Source: an uncultured Candidatus Saccharibacteria bacterium (GTDB taxonomy: Bacteria; Patescibacteriota; Saccharimonadia; Saccharimonadales; CAYLGV01). Taken from it: DNA of 64,000 nucleotides. Of the stretch, positions 8,120-18,045 are shown in pieces (positions within the stretch are counted from its first letter, which is position 1; every line of letters begins with the position of its first letter). Location: NCBI GenBank assembly GCA_964394925.1, contig CAYMZG010000003.1, positions 40,414 through 104,413 on the forward strand, written 5' to 3'. The position numbers were made by a program, and so were the translations under genes. Under the pieces are notes generated by a model that worked only from the letters and a program-made list of their open reading frames with translations, searched no databases and was not told the origin of the DNA.

Positions 8120-9253
8120 ATGGATTATGGACGATTAGCTTTAGAAAAACACAAAGAACTTAAGGGCAAAATTGCCGTCAAACTGAAAGATGAGCTCGAT
8201 AGTAAAGACAAGCTCAGCACCTACTACACGCCTGGCGTTGCGGCTGTTTCGAGCCATGTTGCCGAACATCCAGACGAAGCACGAGATTACACCTGGCTTG
8301 GCAACTCAGTCGCGGTCATATCGGACGGCTCGGCCGTACTCGGGCTTGGTGGTATTGGTCCATACGGCGCCCTGCCAGTCATGGAAGGTAAATCAATGCT
8401 ATTTAAGCACTTTGCTGATATTGATGCCGTGCCAATTGTATTGAACGTTCACACGCCCGACGAGATCGTTACTGCTGTGGCAGCTATCGCACCAAGTTTC
8501 GGTGGTATCAACCTTGAAGATATCGCAGCACCCCAGTGTTTTGAGGTAGAAGATCGTCTGAAAGAAATGCTACAAATTCCCGTTATGCACGATGACCAAC
8601 ATGGCACGGCCGTGGTGGTGCTGGCAGGTCTTATCAACGCCATGAAGGTTACTGGCCGCAAGCTAGAGAACTGCCGTATTGTCTGCGTCGGAGCTGGGGC
8701 AGCTGGTACGGCCATCATGAAACTCATCAACCTATACGCCCACCCCGAGATTCTGGCAGTTGATAGCAAGGGTATCGTGAGCCCAGATCGCACTGATCTA
8801 AATGAGGATAAGCGTAAACTTCTCGAATTCACAAATAAGTCTGGCGTGTCAGGCAAGCTTGAAGACGCTCTCAAAGACGCTGATATATTCATTGGCGTGT
8901 CAAAGGCTGGTCTATTAACGGCTGATATGGTCAAGACGATGGCCAAAGACCCTATCATCTTTGCCATGGCTAACCCGACACCCGAGATTATGCCCGACGA
9001 AGCGAAGGCAGCTGGTGTAGCCATTATGGCGACGGGTCGGAGTGATTTCCCGAATCAAGTAAATAATGCACTAGCGTTTCCAGGCATTTTCAGAGGCGCC
9101 CTCGATAACCGTGTGCCAAAAATCACCGACGACCATAAGATCGCTGCAGCTGAAGTGATTGCAAACCTCGTGGATCAACCAAGTGCGGAGCAAATTATTC
9201 CGAGCGTGCTCGATGATCGGCTCGTGCCCGAAATCGCCAAGGTTATTGTTTGA
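8120..9253 (+). CDS. NAD(P)-dependent malic enzyme (short bacterial form)
   Basis: Track ORF starts at 8033, but homology-like sequence starts at ATG 8120 (MDYGRLALEKHKELKGKI...). Motifs: YTPGVA, VISDGSAVLGLG, GINLEDI, DDQHGTA, GAGAAG. Confidence 0.9.
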   Translation: MDYGRLALEKHKELKGKIAVKLKDELDSKDKLSTYYTPGVAAVSSHVAEHPDEARDYTWLGNSVAVISDGSAVLGLGGIGPYGALPVMEGKSMLFKHFADIDAVPIVLNVHTPDEIVTAVAAIAPSFGGINLEDIAAPQCFEVEDRLKEMLQIPVMHDDQHGTAVVVLAGLINAMKVTGRKLENCRIVCVGAGAAGTAIMKLINLYAHPEILAVDSKGIVSPDRTDLNEDKRKLLEFTNKSGVSGKLEDALKDADIFIGVSKAGLLTADMVKTMAKDPIIFAMANPTPEIMPDEAKAAGVAIMATGRSDFPNQVNNALAFPGIFRGALDNRVPKITDDHKIAAAEVIANLVDQPSAEQIIPSVLDDRLVPEIAKVIV

Positions 9254-9278
9254 TAGTTAACTATATCCGTATCAAGGA

Positions 9279-10877
9279 TTAGCCAACTACGCGGTAGACT
9301 TCTTCGAGTGTGGTTTCGCCATTGATCACTTTTAGAATGCCGTCTTGAAGCATCGTACGCATACCGCTCGCGATGGCTGAAGCTTCAATCTCTTGGGCGG
9401 TTGGCTTCTTGCCTGAACCAAGTAATTCGGCAATCTTGCCGGTCATCAGGAATTGTTCGCGCAAAGCCAATTGGCCCTTGTAGCCATAGGGGTTTTCGGC
9501 CGAGGAGCCAGGGTTAAACAGCTGTAAGTTATCAAGGTTGGGGCGATCAACACCTGGCGGCAGATTGTCTACAACCGTACGGATTTTTGCGAGTGTTGCT
9601 TCGTCGGGTGAATAAGCCTGTTTGGTAGCGTCATCGAGCCGTCGGACCAGGCGTTGTGCCATCACCAAACGAATTGCCGACACAAACAAAGGATTCTCGC
9701 CAATGATATCCATCATACGCGTGAGGGCTGCGGCCGCTGAGCTGGCGTGAAAGGTTGAAAGTACCAGGTGACCCGTGAGTGACGCCTGCAGAGCAGTCTT
9801 GGCCGTATCCATGTCGCGAATCTCACCAACCATGACTATGTCGGGGTCAAGGCGCAACACAGCGCGCAGCTTGTTAGCGAAGCTAGTGTCCTGTGAGTTC
9901 TGACTCGTAACAGATATCTGGGTAATACCATGGAACTGATATTCAACGGGGTCTTCGATAGTGATAATCTTGCGCTCTTCGCTATTAAGGCTGTTCAGCA
10001 TAGAGTACAAAGTAGTTGTCTTACCTGAGCCAGTTGGACCAACGACCATAACCAAGCCGCTTGGTTTCATGACAATATCATCTACAATCGCCCGCTCAGA
10101 GGGCGACAAACCGAGTCGATCAAGGTTATACATTGACTGGTCCAGGTTGAACAAACGCATCACGACATCGATGCCATTAACTGTTGGTACGGTTTCGAGG
10201 CGCACATTAATGTCAACCTGCGTACCGTCGGCCATAGTAACCGCCTGAGCAATATGTCCCTGTTGAGCATCCGGCGCGGCCGTGGAGACATTGCCGGCAC
10301 TTGCGATAGCAGAAATCAGAATGCGGTACTTTGTGTGATCTATTTCGGCAATCTTATGGAGCACCCCGTCGATACGAAATCGGATACGAGCGTTGGAGCG
10401 TTGAGTTTCTAGGTGAATATCTGAGGCGCCCAGTTGGTGAGCCTGTTTAATAAGATAGGCCAGCATGTCGTCGGCTTTAACTTGTTCAAGCGTCGATGAC
10501 ACTTGTTTGACTTGGTCTTCGCTACCAGCTTGAGATAGTGAAATATCATGATACTCAACCTGCTTGGGAGGATCATACAGACGCATGTACTCCCGGTAAC
10601 CTACGTCGGAAATCAGTACAAAAGCGGTACGTACATCGGCAAAGCGGCTGCGCAACATGGACATTGTTTGGTTTGAAGTGTTGTTGGTAACCCCAAAAAT
10701 GATGCTATGCTCTTCGGCGCGAAGTGGTATTACCCGTAGTTGATATAACTCTTCTTTGGTGAGGATATCTTTGTACAGCGGCTTCTCACCCGTTGACGTA
10801 TCAAAATACTGCAGATTCAAGATCTGCGCACGTCGCTGCGTGCTGAGTTCGTCGTCTCGCCTGGCGTCTTGGCTCAT
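9279..10877 (-). CDS. pilB: GspE/PilB-family type II/IV secretion (type IV pilus assembly) ATPase
   Basis: 532 aa with a T2SSE N-terminal domain, Walker A GPTGSGKTT, Asp box, Walker B (IVMVGEIRD) and His box (GHLVLSTFH). Confidence 0.9.
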   Translation of the reverse strand: MSQDARRDDELSTQRRAQILNLQYFDTSTGEKPLYKDILTKEELYQLRVIPLRAEEHSIIFGVTNNTSNQTMSMLRSRFADVRTAFVLISDVGYREYMRLYDPPKQVEYHDISLSQAGSEDQVKQVSSTLEQVKADDMLAYLIKQAHQLGASDIHLETQRSNARIRFRIDGVLHKIAEIDHTKYRILISAIASAGNVSTAAPDAQQGHIAQAVTMADGTQVDINVRLETVPTVNGIDVVMRLFNLDQSMYNLDRLGLSPSERAIVDDIVMKPSGLVMVVGPTGSGKTTTLYSMLNSLNSEERKIITIEDPVEYQFHGITQISVTSQNSQDTSFANKLRAVLRLDPDIVMVGEIRDMDTAKTALQASLTGHLVLSTFHASSAAAALTRMMDIIGENPLFVSAIRLVMAQRLVRRLDDATKQAYSPDEATLAKIRTVVDNLPPGVDRPNLDNLQLFNPGSSAENPYGYKGQLALREQFLMTGKIAELLGSGKKPTAQEIEASAIASGMRTMLQDGILKVINGETTLEEVYRVVG

Positions 10878-10904
10878 AGCTTATATTTAACCATAAGCAC
10901 TCCT
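10874..10904 (-). promoter_or_regulatory. SD (AGGAGTG) plus 6-codon upstream ORF MVKYKL whose TGA overlaps the pilB ATG (ATGA)
   Basis: Minus strand reads AGGAGTGcttATGGTTAAATATAAGCTATGA. The only SD is 21 nt from the pilB ATG but 5 nt from the uORF ATG. An in-frame stop lies 2 codons upstream of the pilB ATG. Confidence 0.4.
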
Positions 10905-10927
10905 GTTACCAAAGTATCTTTCTGCGT

Positions 10928-11446
10928 ATGATACGATTAGCAACAATGAAACGAAACATAGTGATCATTGCCCATGATATACGCAGCACACACAACATAG
11001 GGTCCCTCCTGCGCACCGCAGAAGGTCTGGGCATTGATCATGTGTATATAACTGGCTACAGCCCCTATCCATTGGCCTCGAGCGATAAACGCTTGCCGCA
11101 TTTAGCACAGAAAACACACCGAGCCATACAAAAAACAGCCCTTGGCGCCGAAGAGTCCCAATCCTGGAGTCAGCACGATGATATCAACGATGTGCTGCGT
11201 GAACTGAAACAGACGGGTTATTGCTTGGCTGCCCTCGAGCAAGCGCCGAACGTCGTGCAATTACCAAGCTGGCAACCGCCTCAGCAGGTGGCCGTGCTGC
11301 TTGGCCGTGAGGTAGAGGGTATCGAAAATGCTCTCCTCCAAGAAATGGATGTCGTTATTGAAATACCAATGTTTGGCAGCAAGGAGAGTTTTAACGTCGT
11401 GCAAGCTGCTGCAATGGTCATGTATCACCTACGTTTTACAAACTAA
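10928..11446 (+). CDS. TrmH/SpoU-family RNA 2'-O-methyltransferase
   Basis: 172 aa with SPOUT motifs NIGSLLRTAEGLG, LLGREVEGI and IPMFGSKESFNVVQAAAMVMY. ATG 10946 is an alternative start. Confidence 0.85.
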   Translation: MIRLATMKRNIVIIAHDIRSTHNIGSLLRTAEGLGIDHVYITGYSPYPLASSDKRLPHLAQKTHRAIQKTALGAEESQSWSQHDDINDVLRELKQTGYCLAALEQAPNVVQLPSWQPPQQVAVLLGREVEGIENALLQEMDVVIEIPMFGSKESFNVVQAAAMVMYHLRFTN

Positions 11447-11457
11447 CCAAAAGCGTT

Positions 11458-11463
11458 TAAACT
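11458..11463 (+). promoter_or_regulatory. -10-like TAAACT 6 nt upstream of the CAP-domain gene ATG; leaderless candidate
   Basis: TAAACTattggcATG, with no SD. Confidence 0.3.
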
Positions 11464-11469
11464 ATTGGC

Positions 11470-12402
11470 ATGGCGACGAAGCCGGGCCGTCCACACAATT
11501 TCCGGGCCCTCAGCAAACCAAAACCGATCCGAAAAGCAGACCACCGACACTATTGGCCGTATATTCCTGTGCTCTTGTTAGTTATCGCAACTATGCTGAT
11601 GTGTCTTGTGCAACCAGCCCAGAAACATGGTGTATTGGCGTATGCCACAAACGTCAGCAATGATGACCTCTTAGCGTCTACCAACCGCCAACGTGAAAAC
11701 AATCAAGTTGGTGACCTATCTATAAATAGTGAGTTGTCTGCGGCAGCCCAAGCCAAAGCCAACGACATGGCAACGCGTAATTACTGGGCTCACAACACTC
11801 CTGATGGTAAAGAGCCCTGGGTGTTCATAAATGCTACCGGCTATAAATATCAAAAAGCTGGCGAAAACCTGGCGTATGGCTTCCTCAGTAGCAAAGATAC
11901 CGTTACTGGCTGGATGAACAGCCCATCACACCGTGAAAATCTATTAGATAAAGACTTTACTGAGGTTGGTTTTGGCTTTGCCAATGCCTCAAACTTTAAT
12001 AACAACGGCAATGAAACTATCGTGGTAGCAATGTATGGTCGACCGCAAGCCCTTGGCGCTGCCGACAGCTCGAGTGCCATTCCCCTAAACTCAGTCAAGC
12101 AGATACCGACCGCCAACCAGCCCGTTACAACTCAGACCAGCCTTTCCCAAGAGCCAACCAGCAAACCCGTGACTCGTGCCCAAACTCTGAGTGGCGGCAA
12201 AGCACCCTGGCTTGTCTTCTTGGCTGGGCTCATGGTTGGCATACCGCTCGCTATACTACTTATGAAGCATATGGCCGGCTTACGACATGTTCTCAGGAGT
12301 GGTGAGAAGTTTATGCTGCACCATCCACTACTAGACACTATCCTCATTAGCCTGGTCTTGCTCGGTAGTTTCCTTTCACAAACAACAGGTTACATTCGCT
12401 AA
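11470..12402 (+). CDS. membrane-anchored CAP/SCP (YkwD-like) domain protein
   Basis: 310 aa with an N-terminal TM helix, a CAP core (YWAHNTPDG..., GENLAYG, GWMNSPSHRENLL, EVGFGFA) and C-terminal TM helices. Confidence 0.8.
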   Translation: MATKPGRPHNFRALSKPKPIRKADHRHYWPYIPVLLLVIATMLMCLVQPAQKHGVLAYATNVSNDDLLASTNRQRENNQVGDLSINSELSAAAQAKANDMATRNYWAHNTPDGKEPWVFINATGYKYQKAGENLAYGFLSSKDTVTGWMNSPSHRENLLDKDFTEVGFGFANASNFNNNGNETIVVAMYGRPQALGAADSSSAIPLNSVKQIPTANQPVTTQTSLSQEPTSKPVTRAQTLSGGKAPWLVFLAGLMVGIPLAILLMKHMAGLRHVLRSGEKFMLHHPLLDTILISLVLLGSFLSQTTGYIR

Positions 12403-12403
12403 A

Positions 12404-15400
12404 TTACTGAAGCTTTACCGCATCGGCGCCAATGAGGGTCGTCAACTCCGGCACGCCCGTCTCATGAGCAATACGGTTTGGCAAACGAATAATCTGTTTC
12501 TGCTCGCCTATTACCAATACGACCTCAGTATCACCTGGGTGCGCATCCATGGTTTGTTTAAGAGCTAGCAGCGTCTCTTGGTCATTACTCGACGCGAGGC
12601 GTACATATAGGCGACTTGGTACCATGCTCGCCGTGCTTGAAGTACTTGCAGCTGCCTTGGTCTTGGTAGCCTTGCTGCCAGCAGTTGGTGTTTTCTTTTT
12701 TTTGCCCGTAGCCTGATAGGCGGCAGCCTGTTCGGGCGTTATCTCACGTGCATCATCTACCAAAACTTTTACTTCTGAGCCAAGATTGCCTTCACGGTCC
12801 TTGGCGCTCACCTTGCCCTTAATGAGCACTACTTGATCGCGTTCCCAGATACCCGTTGTTTGCTGATAAATACTGGGGAAAAGTATAATTTCGGTTTCTG
12901 CAAACTGATCCGCAATACGTACAAAGGCCATCTTCTGACCGTTTTTGGTGGTGATTTCGCGGACGTTACTAATGGCACCGCCAACCTGCACACTTTTACC
13001 ATCATGTTCTGGTTTAAGCTCAGCTAATGGCACGGCTTGCTCAGCCAAGTAGAGCTCGAAAGCCGCAAGTGGGTGCTGGCTTAAGTACAGGCCCAGCAGC
13101 TCACGCTCCCAGATCAATTGTTCATGACTGGTGACCGTTGGCACCGTTAGGTCGAGGGTTAACGTAGACTTAATCTCCGGTGCTGCGTTACCAAACAGGT
13201 CAGTTTGCCCACTTAACGCGTCTTTTTGGACTTTTGAAGCGTAGGCAAGCATCATATCAAGGTTGCCGAGCAAAACATGGCGCTCCCCAAACGCGTCAAA
13301 TGCTCCCGCTTTAATGAGACTTTCCATGGCTTTTCGATTAGTAATTCTTGTATTTACATGTACCAAAAAATCCTCAAGACTGGCAAATGTACCAAGCTCT
13401 TCGCGTGCTCGCAAGATCTCTTCTACGGCGTTACTGCCGACATTTTTAATGGCTCTAAGCCCAAAGCGAATCTGTTTTTTACCTGGCACCACAGCAAATT
13501 CATTAAATGATTCATTGACATCGGGTGGCAGCACTTCAATGCCTACGTGCTTGCATTCGGTAATCTCAATTGCCAGACGATCGATATCATCGTAATCACT
13601 CGTCATAAGTGCCGCCATAAAGGCCTCAGGGTAATGCGCTTTCAAGTAAGCAGTCCAATAAGCAATCAGGCCATAACAGGCAGCGTGACTTTTGTTGAAA
13701 CAATATGCTGCAAAGTCTTCGAGCTGCTTCCAGAACTTCTCCATGTCTGCACGGTTAGCCCCAGAATGTTCCACTGCACCATCAATGAACTTGACCTTCA
13801 TTTTAGCCAGCACTTCAGGAATCTTTTTGGCGATACCTTTACGCAGTGTGTCTGCCTCGCCACCAGTAAAGCCACACATATCCTTAGAGATCTGCATAAC
13901 CTGCTCCTGGTAGACCAACACACCATAGGTGGTTTCGAGAGCATCTTTCATTTTTTCATGAAAATATGTAATTTCACGACGACCATGTTTGCGTTCAATA
14001 AAGTCCTCTATAAACTGCATAGGCCCCGGACGGTACAGTGCAACCATAGCAACAATGTCTTCAAACACAGTTGGCTTCAGTTCTTTCAGGTAACGCTTCA
14101 TGCCGGCTGATTCAAGCTGGAACACTCCAGTTGTGTCACCGTGCTGCAAGAGCTCAAAAGTGAGGCCGTCGTCGAGTGGCATGGTGTCAAGGTCAATATC
14201 TACCTTGTGAACTTTTTTCACAATACGCAGAGCATTTTTAATAATTGTGAGGTTGCTAAGACCGAGGAAGTCCATTTTTAAGAGGCCCAGTTCCTCGACC
14301 GGGCCCATTGAATATTGGGTAGCCACCACGCCCTTCTGGGCCATTTCAAGTGGAGCAAACTTCACTAACTCATCCGGTGCAATAACCACACCCGCGGCAT
14401 GCACGCCGTGACTACGAATAGTGCCCTCTAGTCGAACGGCTTGATCCAGAACTTGCTTAGCTGTGGCGTTGGTTTCATATTCACGCTTTAGGTCTGGATC
14501 ATCCTCGAGTGATTTAACCAAGGGAATGTGCCGTCCTTGCACTGGCTGCGGAATCATCTTAGCCAGTCGATCGGCGTCTGCATATGGTACTTGCAGTACG
14601 CGCGAGACATCGCGTACGGCGTTTCGCGCAAACATACGACCAAATGTCACAATATTCGCCACACGCTCTTTGCCGTACTTCTGTACACAATACTGAATTA
14701 CTTCGTCGCGCCGTGTGTCTTGAATATCAATGTCGATATCAGGCATGGAGATACGATCAGGATTTAAGAAGCGTTCAAACAGCAGGTCGTAAGCCAGTGG
14801 ATCAAGCTCGGTGATTTTGAGCGCGTAGGCAATGATCGAACCAGCTGCCGAACCACGACCCGGGCCAAACACAATGCCCTCATTTTTGCCCCAGTTAATA
14901 AAGTCATGGATGATCAAAAAATAGCCGTTAAAGCCCATTTTATCAATAATATCGAGCTCGTAATCGGCACGCTTTAAAACCTCTTTAGTAACCAGTTTTC
15001 GAATGTCTGCTTCTTTGAGTTTCTCGGCTTCGGTTTCTGTTTTACCACCGTAGCGGTACGCTATACCGCGCCACACCAGACTATGCAGGTAACTTTTCTC
15101 GGTACTCCCCTTTGGTACCGAGAATTTTGGAATCAGGATCTTGCCAAGATCGATTGTCACCTCACAACGTTCCGCGATCTTGCGTGTGTTTGTTATGAGC
15201 TCAGGATGGTCCTTGCCCCATCGTTCAATGATTTCAGCCGGTTCAGTCACATGCAGCGGATAGTCTTTCAGTGACATACGCTTTTCATCACTGAGGAATG
15301 AGCCGGTGCCCACACACAGCAAAATCTCGTGCGCTTCTTGGTCGGCATGCCGTAAATAGTGTGCGTCACAGGTCACAACTGCCGGAATATCGAGTTCTTT

Positions 15401-16024
15401 ACTTAGCTTAAGAACCTGCTCATTGATGTTTTGCTGCTCGCCATTGTGCATGGGGTTATCGGGATGCCCATGATCTTGAATCTCCAGGTAATAGCGATCA
15501 CCGAAAACACTTTTGTACCAAGTTGCGATGTCTTTGGCTTGTTCGTACTGAGCTTGCTGAAGCGCTGAACCAATCTCACCACCCATACAAGCGCTAAGGG
15601 CAATAATGCCTTCGTTATATTGCTCAAGCAGATCATGATCAATACGTGGGAAGTAGTAAAAGCCATCCAGATTTGCGATCGAAGACAAACGCATTAGATT
15701 CTGGTAGCCCGTATTGTTCATGGCGAGCAAAATAAGATGGAAGCGATTCTTGTCTTTTTGAGGGTCTTTGTCGGTGTGCTTGCGGGTGGCCACGTAAGTT
15801 TCAATGCCAATAATCGGCTTGACCGAGTTATTGATTGAGGCCTTATAGAATTCAATGGCGCCCGACAGCGTACCGTGGTCGGTCATTGCCACCGACATCA
15901 TGCCCTGCTCATTTACAAACGCGATTAGATCGTCAACCCGCGTCAAACCGTCCAGCAGGCTGTACTGGGTGTGGTTGTGCAGGTGCACGTAATCAGCATT
16001 CGTCAGCTGGCTTGCTTTGGCCAT
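12404..16024 (-). CDS. dnaE: DNA polymerase III alpha subunit
   Basis: 1206 aa with PHP domain (HLHNHTQYSLLDG), polymerase core (GPGRGSAAGS, PDIDIDI), HhH and OB fold. Confidence 0.97.
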   Translation of the reverse strand: MAKASQLTNADYVHLHNHTQYSLLDGLTRVDDLIAFVNEQGMMSVAMTDHGTLSGAIEFYKASINNSVKPIIGIETYVATRKHTDKDPQKDKNRFHLILLAMNNTGYQNLMRLSSIANLDGFYYFPRIDHDLLEQYNEGIIALSACMGGEIGSALQQAQYEQAKDIATWYKSVFGDRYYLEIQDHGHPDNPMHNGEQQNINEQVLKLSKELDIPAVVTCDAHYLRHADQEAHEILLCVGTGSFLSDEKRMSLKDYPLHVTEPAEIIERWGKDHPELITNTRKIAERCEVTIDLGKILIPKFSVPKGSTEKSYLHSLVWRGIAYRYGGKTETEAEKLKEADIRKLVTKEVLKRADYELDIIDKMGFNGYFLIIHDFINWGKNEGIVFGPGRGSAAGSIIAYALKITELDPLAYDLLFERFLNPDRISMPDIDIDIQDTRRDEVIQYCVQKYGKERVANIVTFGRMFARNAVRDVSRVLQVPYADADRLAKMIPQPVQGRHIPLVKSLEDDPDLKREYETNATAKQVLDQAVRLEGTIRSHGVHAAGVVIAPDELVKFAPLEMAQKGVVATQYSMGPVEELGLLKMDFLGLSNLTIIKNALRIVKKVHKVDIDLDTMPLDDGLTFELLQHGDTTGVFQLESAGMKRYLKELKPTVFEDIVAMVALYRPGPMQFIEDFIERKHGRREITYFHEKMKDALETTYGVLVYQEQVMQISKDMCGFTGGEADTLRKGIAKKIPEVLAKMKVKFIDGAVEHSGANRADMEKFWKQLEDFAAYCFNKSHAACYGLIAYWTAYLKAHYPEAFMAALMTSDYDDIDRLAIEITECKHVGIEVLPPDVNESFNEFAVVPGKKQIRFGLRAIKNVGSNAVEEILRAREELGTFASLEDFLVHVNTRITNRKAMESLIKAGAFDAFGERHVLLGNLDMMLAYASKVQKDALSGQTDLFGNAAPEIKSTLTLDLTVPTVTSHEQLIWERELLGLYLSQHPLAAFELYLAEQAVPLAELKPEHDGKSVQVGGAISNVREITTKNGQKMAFVRIADQFAETEIILFPSIYQQTTGIWERDQVVLIKGKVSAKDREGNLGSEVKVLVDDAREITPEQAAAYQATGKKKKTPTAGSKATKTKAAASTSSTASMVPSRLYVRLASSNDQETLLALKQTMDAHPGDTEVVLVIGEQKQIIRLPNRIAHETGVPELTTLIGADAVKLQ

Positions 16025-16105
16025 CAGTGCTTATTTCCCCTATTTGTCTCCTTATATTCTAAAGGAAATGGGGCCCTGAGGCGAGATTAAACGATAATTA
16101 CAACG

Positions 16106-16423
16106 TCAGTTTGTGGCGGGTTTATTGGCCGGCGGTACTGGCTGTTGGTACTGCGTACTTGTTTCAATGGTGTGTGTTACATTCTCTGCAATCCGCCCAA
16201 TAAACGGCACGTTGCTAAAGAGCGACAGTGCCCAGAGCAGAAAGGCGACTAGTATGGTCGCACCCAAGACACCACCAAAGCCGGCCAACATGCCTTTTAT
16301 AAAGCTCATTTTGTAAGCTTTTTTCTGGTCTAAATAGCCGCTCTCATAAATTGATATGAGCATGCGCCCCATCTGTTCAGGAGTGGGCTGCTTTGGTTCT
16401 TGCTTAGACGCTTTTTTTATCAA
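16106..16423 (-). CDS. small membrane protein, DUF5665-like
   Basis: 105 aa reading SFIKGMLAGFGGVLGATILVAFLLWALSLF...PFIGRIAE. The track start is a TTG overlapping the YtxH-like gene by 20 nt; ATG 16372 is an alternative. Confidence 0.6.
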   Translation of the reverse strand: MIKKASKQEPKQPTPEQMGRMLISIYESGYLDQKKAYKMSFIKGMLAGFGGVLGATILVAFLLWALSLFSNVPFIGRIAENVTHTIETSTQYQQPVPPANKPATN

Positions 16424-16811
16424 GGTATTTCTTTAGGTGTTCTGTTGCTTTGTTAACTTCATCAACGGCATTTTGCAGATCATCATCATTGGCCTCACCT
16501 TCATGAATCGCCGTGAGGATTTCACGAGTTTTTTGGCGCACTTCAATAGCTTGCTCGCGCAGCTTCTCAAATTCGGCACTCGCCTTGCCTTTCGTTTGCT
16601 CGGCCAACTCACCAGCTTTTTGGATCAATGCATTTAGTTCAGCATTAACATCTTTGAGTCGACGCTCAGCTTCCTTCTTGGCCTTAACGGCAGTATTCTT
16701 AATGTCTTGGCGAGTTTCCTTGCCACTCTTTGGAGCGGTCAAAATACCTGCTAAGTAGCCTGCAACACCTGCAACTAACGCACCAACTGCAACATCTTTT
16801 TTAGTAACCAT
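16404..16811 (-). CDS. YtxH-domain protein
   Basis: 135 aa with an N-terminal helix (GALVAGVAGYLAGILTAPKSGKETRQDIK) followed by coiled coil. Confidence 0.8.
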   Translation of the reverse strand: MVTKKDVAVGALVAGVAGYLAGILTAPKSGKETRQDIKNTAVKAKKEAERRLKDVNAELNALIQKAGELAEQTKGKASAEFEKLREQAIEVRQKTREILTAIHEGEANDDDLQNAVDEVNKATEHLKKYLDKKSV

Positions 16812-16813
16812 AA

Positions 16814-17083
16814 TTAATCCTCTCGCTTTCCTTTACGCTTCTTCATTGCATCTCCCAAATTAGCAATGATCGTTCCAATGGCTGTAGGTGCGGTCACTGA
16901 GGATATGAATTCACCGACAGACTCAGCCTTATCAGCAAAGCGCTCGGCCTTGTCGGTAATTACTTTGACTTGATCGAGGATTTGGTTAAGTTTTACAGCT
17001 GCTATGATTGCAAGAATCAAGAATACGGCGAGGGTTGTCGCCAGGATCAGAACGAGAACTTCGTAAGCATTGTTTATATACAT
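16814..17083 (-). CDS. DUF948 (YtxG-like) small membrane protein
   Basis: 89 aa with an N-terminal TM helix and a helical tail (LNQILDQVKVITDKAERFADKAESV). Confidence 0.65.
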   Translation of the reverse strand: MYINNAYEVLVLILATTLAVFLILAIIAAVKLNQILDQVKVITDKAERFADKAESVGEFISSVTAPTAIGTIIANLGDAMKKRKGKRED

Positions 17084-17087
17084 ACTA

Positions 17088-17978
17088 CTATTTTAACACC
17101 GATTGCAAGTACTTGCGAAATTCTTCTTTAATATCATCGCGCTGGAGGGCAAAATCAACGACAGTTTTGAGGTATTCTAACTTGTTGCCTGTATCGTAAT
17201 AACGACTATTCTCAAGCTTGCAGCCATAGAATGGCAACCCGCTGTCGATCATCGGCTGTATGGCGTAGGTTGTGAGATAGAACTCCTGTGCATCGCTTAA
17301 GTTTGCACGGGCCTTCTCGACAAAATCGAATACATCTGGCGTAAGTAGGTAACCACCTACGCTTGCAAAGTTTGAAGCAGCCTTGTCTTTACCAGGCTTT
17401 TCAACCAGACCATTCATTCTCATGACTCCTGGTCGAACTTCATCGCCTGTAACAATACCGTAGCGTGAATACTCGTCGTCGTTCGTTACTTCAATGCACG
17501 GCACAATCGAGCCGCCCAGCTCGTTATACAGATCGATCATCTGTTTAAATCGGTTTGGCTGGGAGGGTATAAGGTCGTCGGCATAGGTGTAGATGAACGG
17601 CTCATCGCCAATGAGGTGAGCGGCGTTATGTATGGGGGTCGCACTGCCATATGGCCCCTTTTGGCGAACATATGCAAAATTTGCAAGTCCAGAGATGTGC
17701 TTAGTTTGCTCTAGCAAATCATGCTTGCCACCCTGCTTTAAGTTGGCTCGTAGATCAGCGCTGATGTAGTCAAAATGGTCTTCGATTGAACGCTTGTGGT
17801 AACCCGTAACGATCACAATGTCTTCAATCCCCGCTTCGGCCAATTCCTCTACAATGTATTGAATAATTGGCTTATCTACCAGTGGTAGCATTTCTTTTGG
17901 CATCGCCTTAGTTTGCGGCAAAAAACGGGTGCCAAAGCCCGCAGCAGCAATAACGGCTTTTCGTACTTGTTTTGTCAT
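17088..17978 (-). CDS. galU: UTP--glucose-1-phosphate uridylyltransferase
   Basis: 296 aa reading KAVIAAAGFGTRFLPQTKAMPKEMLPLVDKPIIQY, the typical GalU N-terminus. Confidence 0.92.
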   Translation of the reverse strand: MTKQVRKAVIAAAGFGTRFLPQTKAMPKEMLPLVDKPIIQYIVEELAEAGIEDIVIVTGYHKRSIEDHFDYISADLRANLKQGGKHDLLEQTKHISGLANFAYVRQKGPYGSATPIHNAAHLIGDEPFIYTYADDLIPSQPNRFKQMIDLYNELGGSIVPCIEVTNDDEYSRYGIVTGDEVRPGVMRMNGLVEKPGKDKAASNFASVGGYLLTPDVFDFVEKARANLSDAQEFYLTTYAIQPMIDSGLPFYGCKLENSRYYDTGNKLEYLKTVVDFALQRDDIKEEFRKYLQSVLK

Positions 17979-17986
17979 ATGCTTTT

Positions 17987-17995
17987 AGTATATCA
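17987..17995 (-). promoter_or_regulatory. extended -10 (TGaTATACT) 8 nt upstream of galU ATG; leaderless candidate
   Basis: Minus strand reads TGaTATACTaaaagcatATG, with no SD. Confidence 0.45.
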
Positions 17996-18045
17996 CCACA
18001 GGTGACGCTTGCAGATTTACATATTAGGAGTACAATTTTGCCACA

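Noticed and set aside
12696-12703. T8 homopolymer in dnaE (encodes KKKK in the C-terminal linker) as a phase-variation tract
   Set aside because: dnaE is an essential gene and the run encodes a plausible Lys-rich linker in frame. There is no evidence of slippage from a single sequence.
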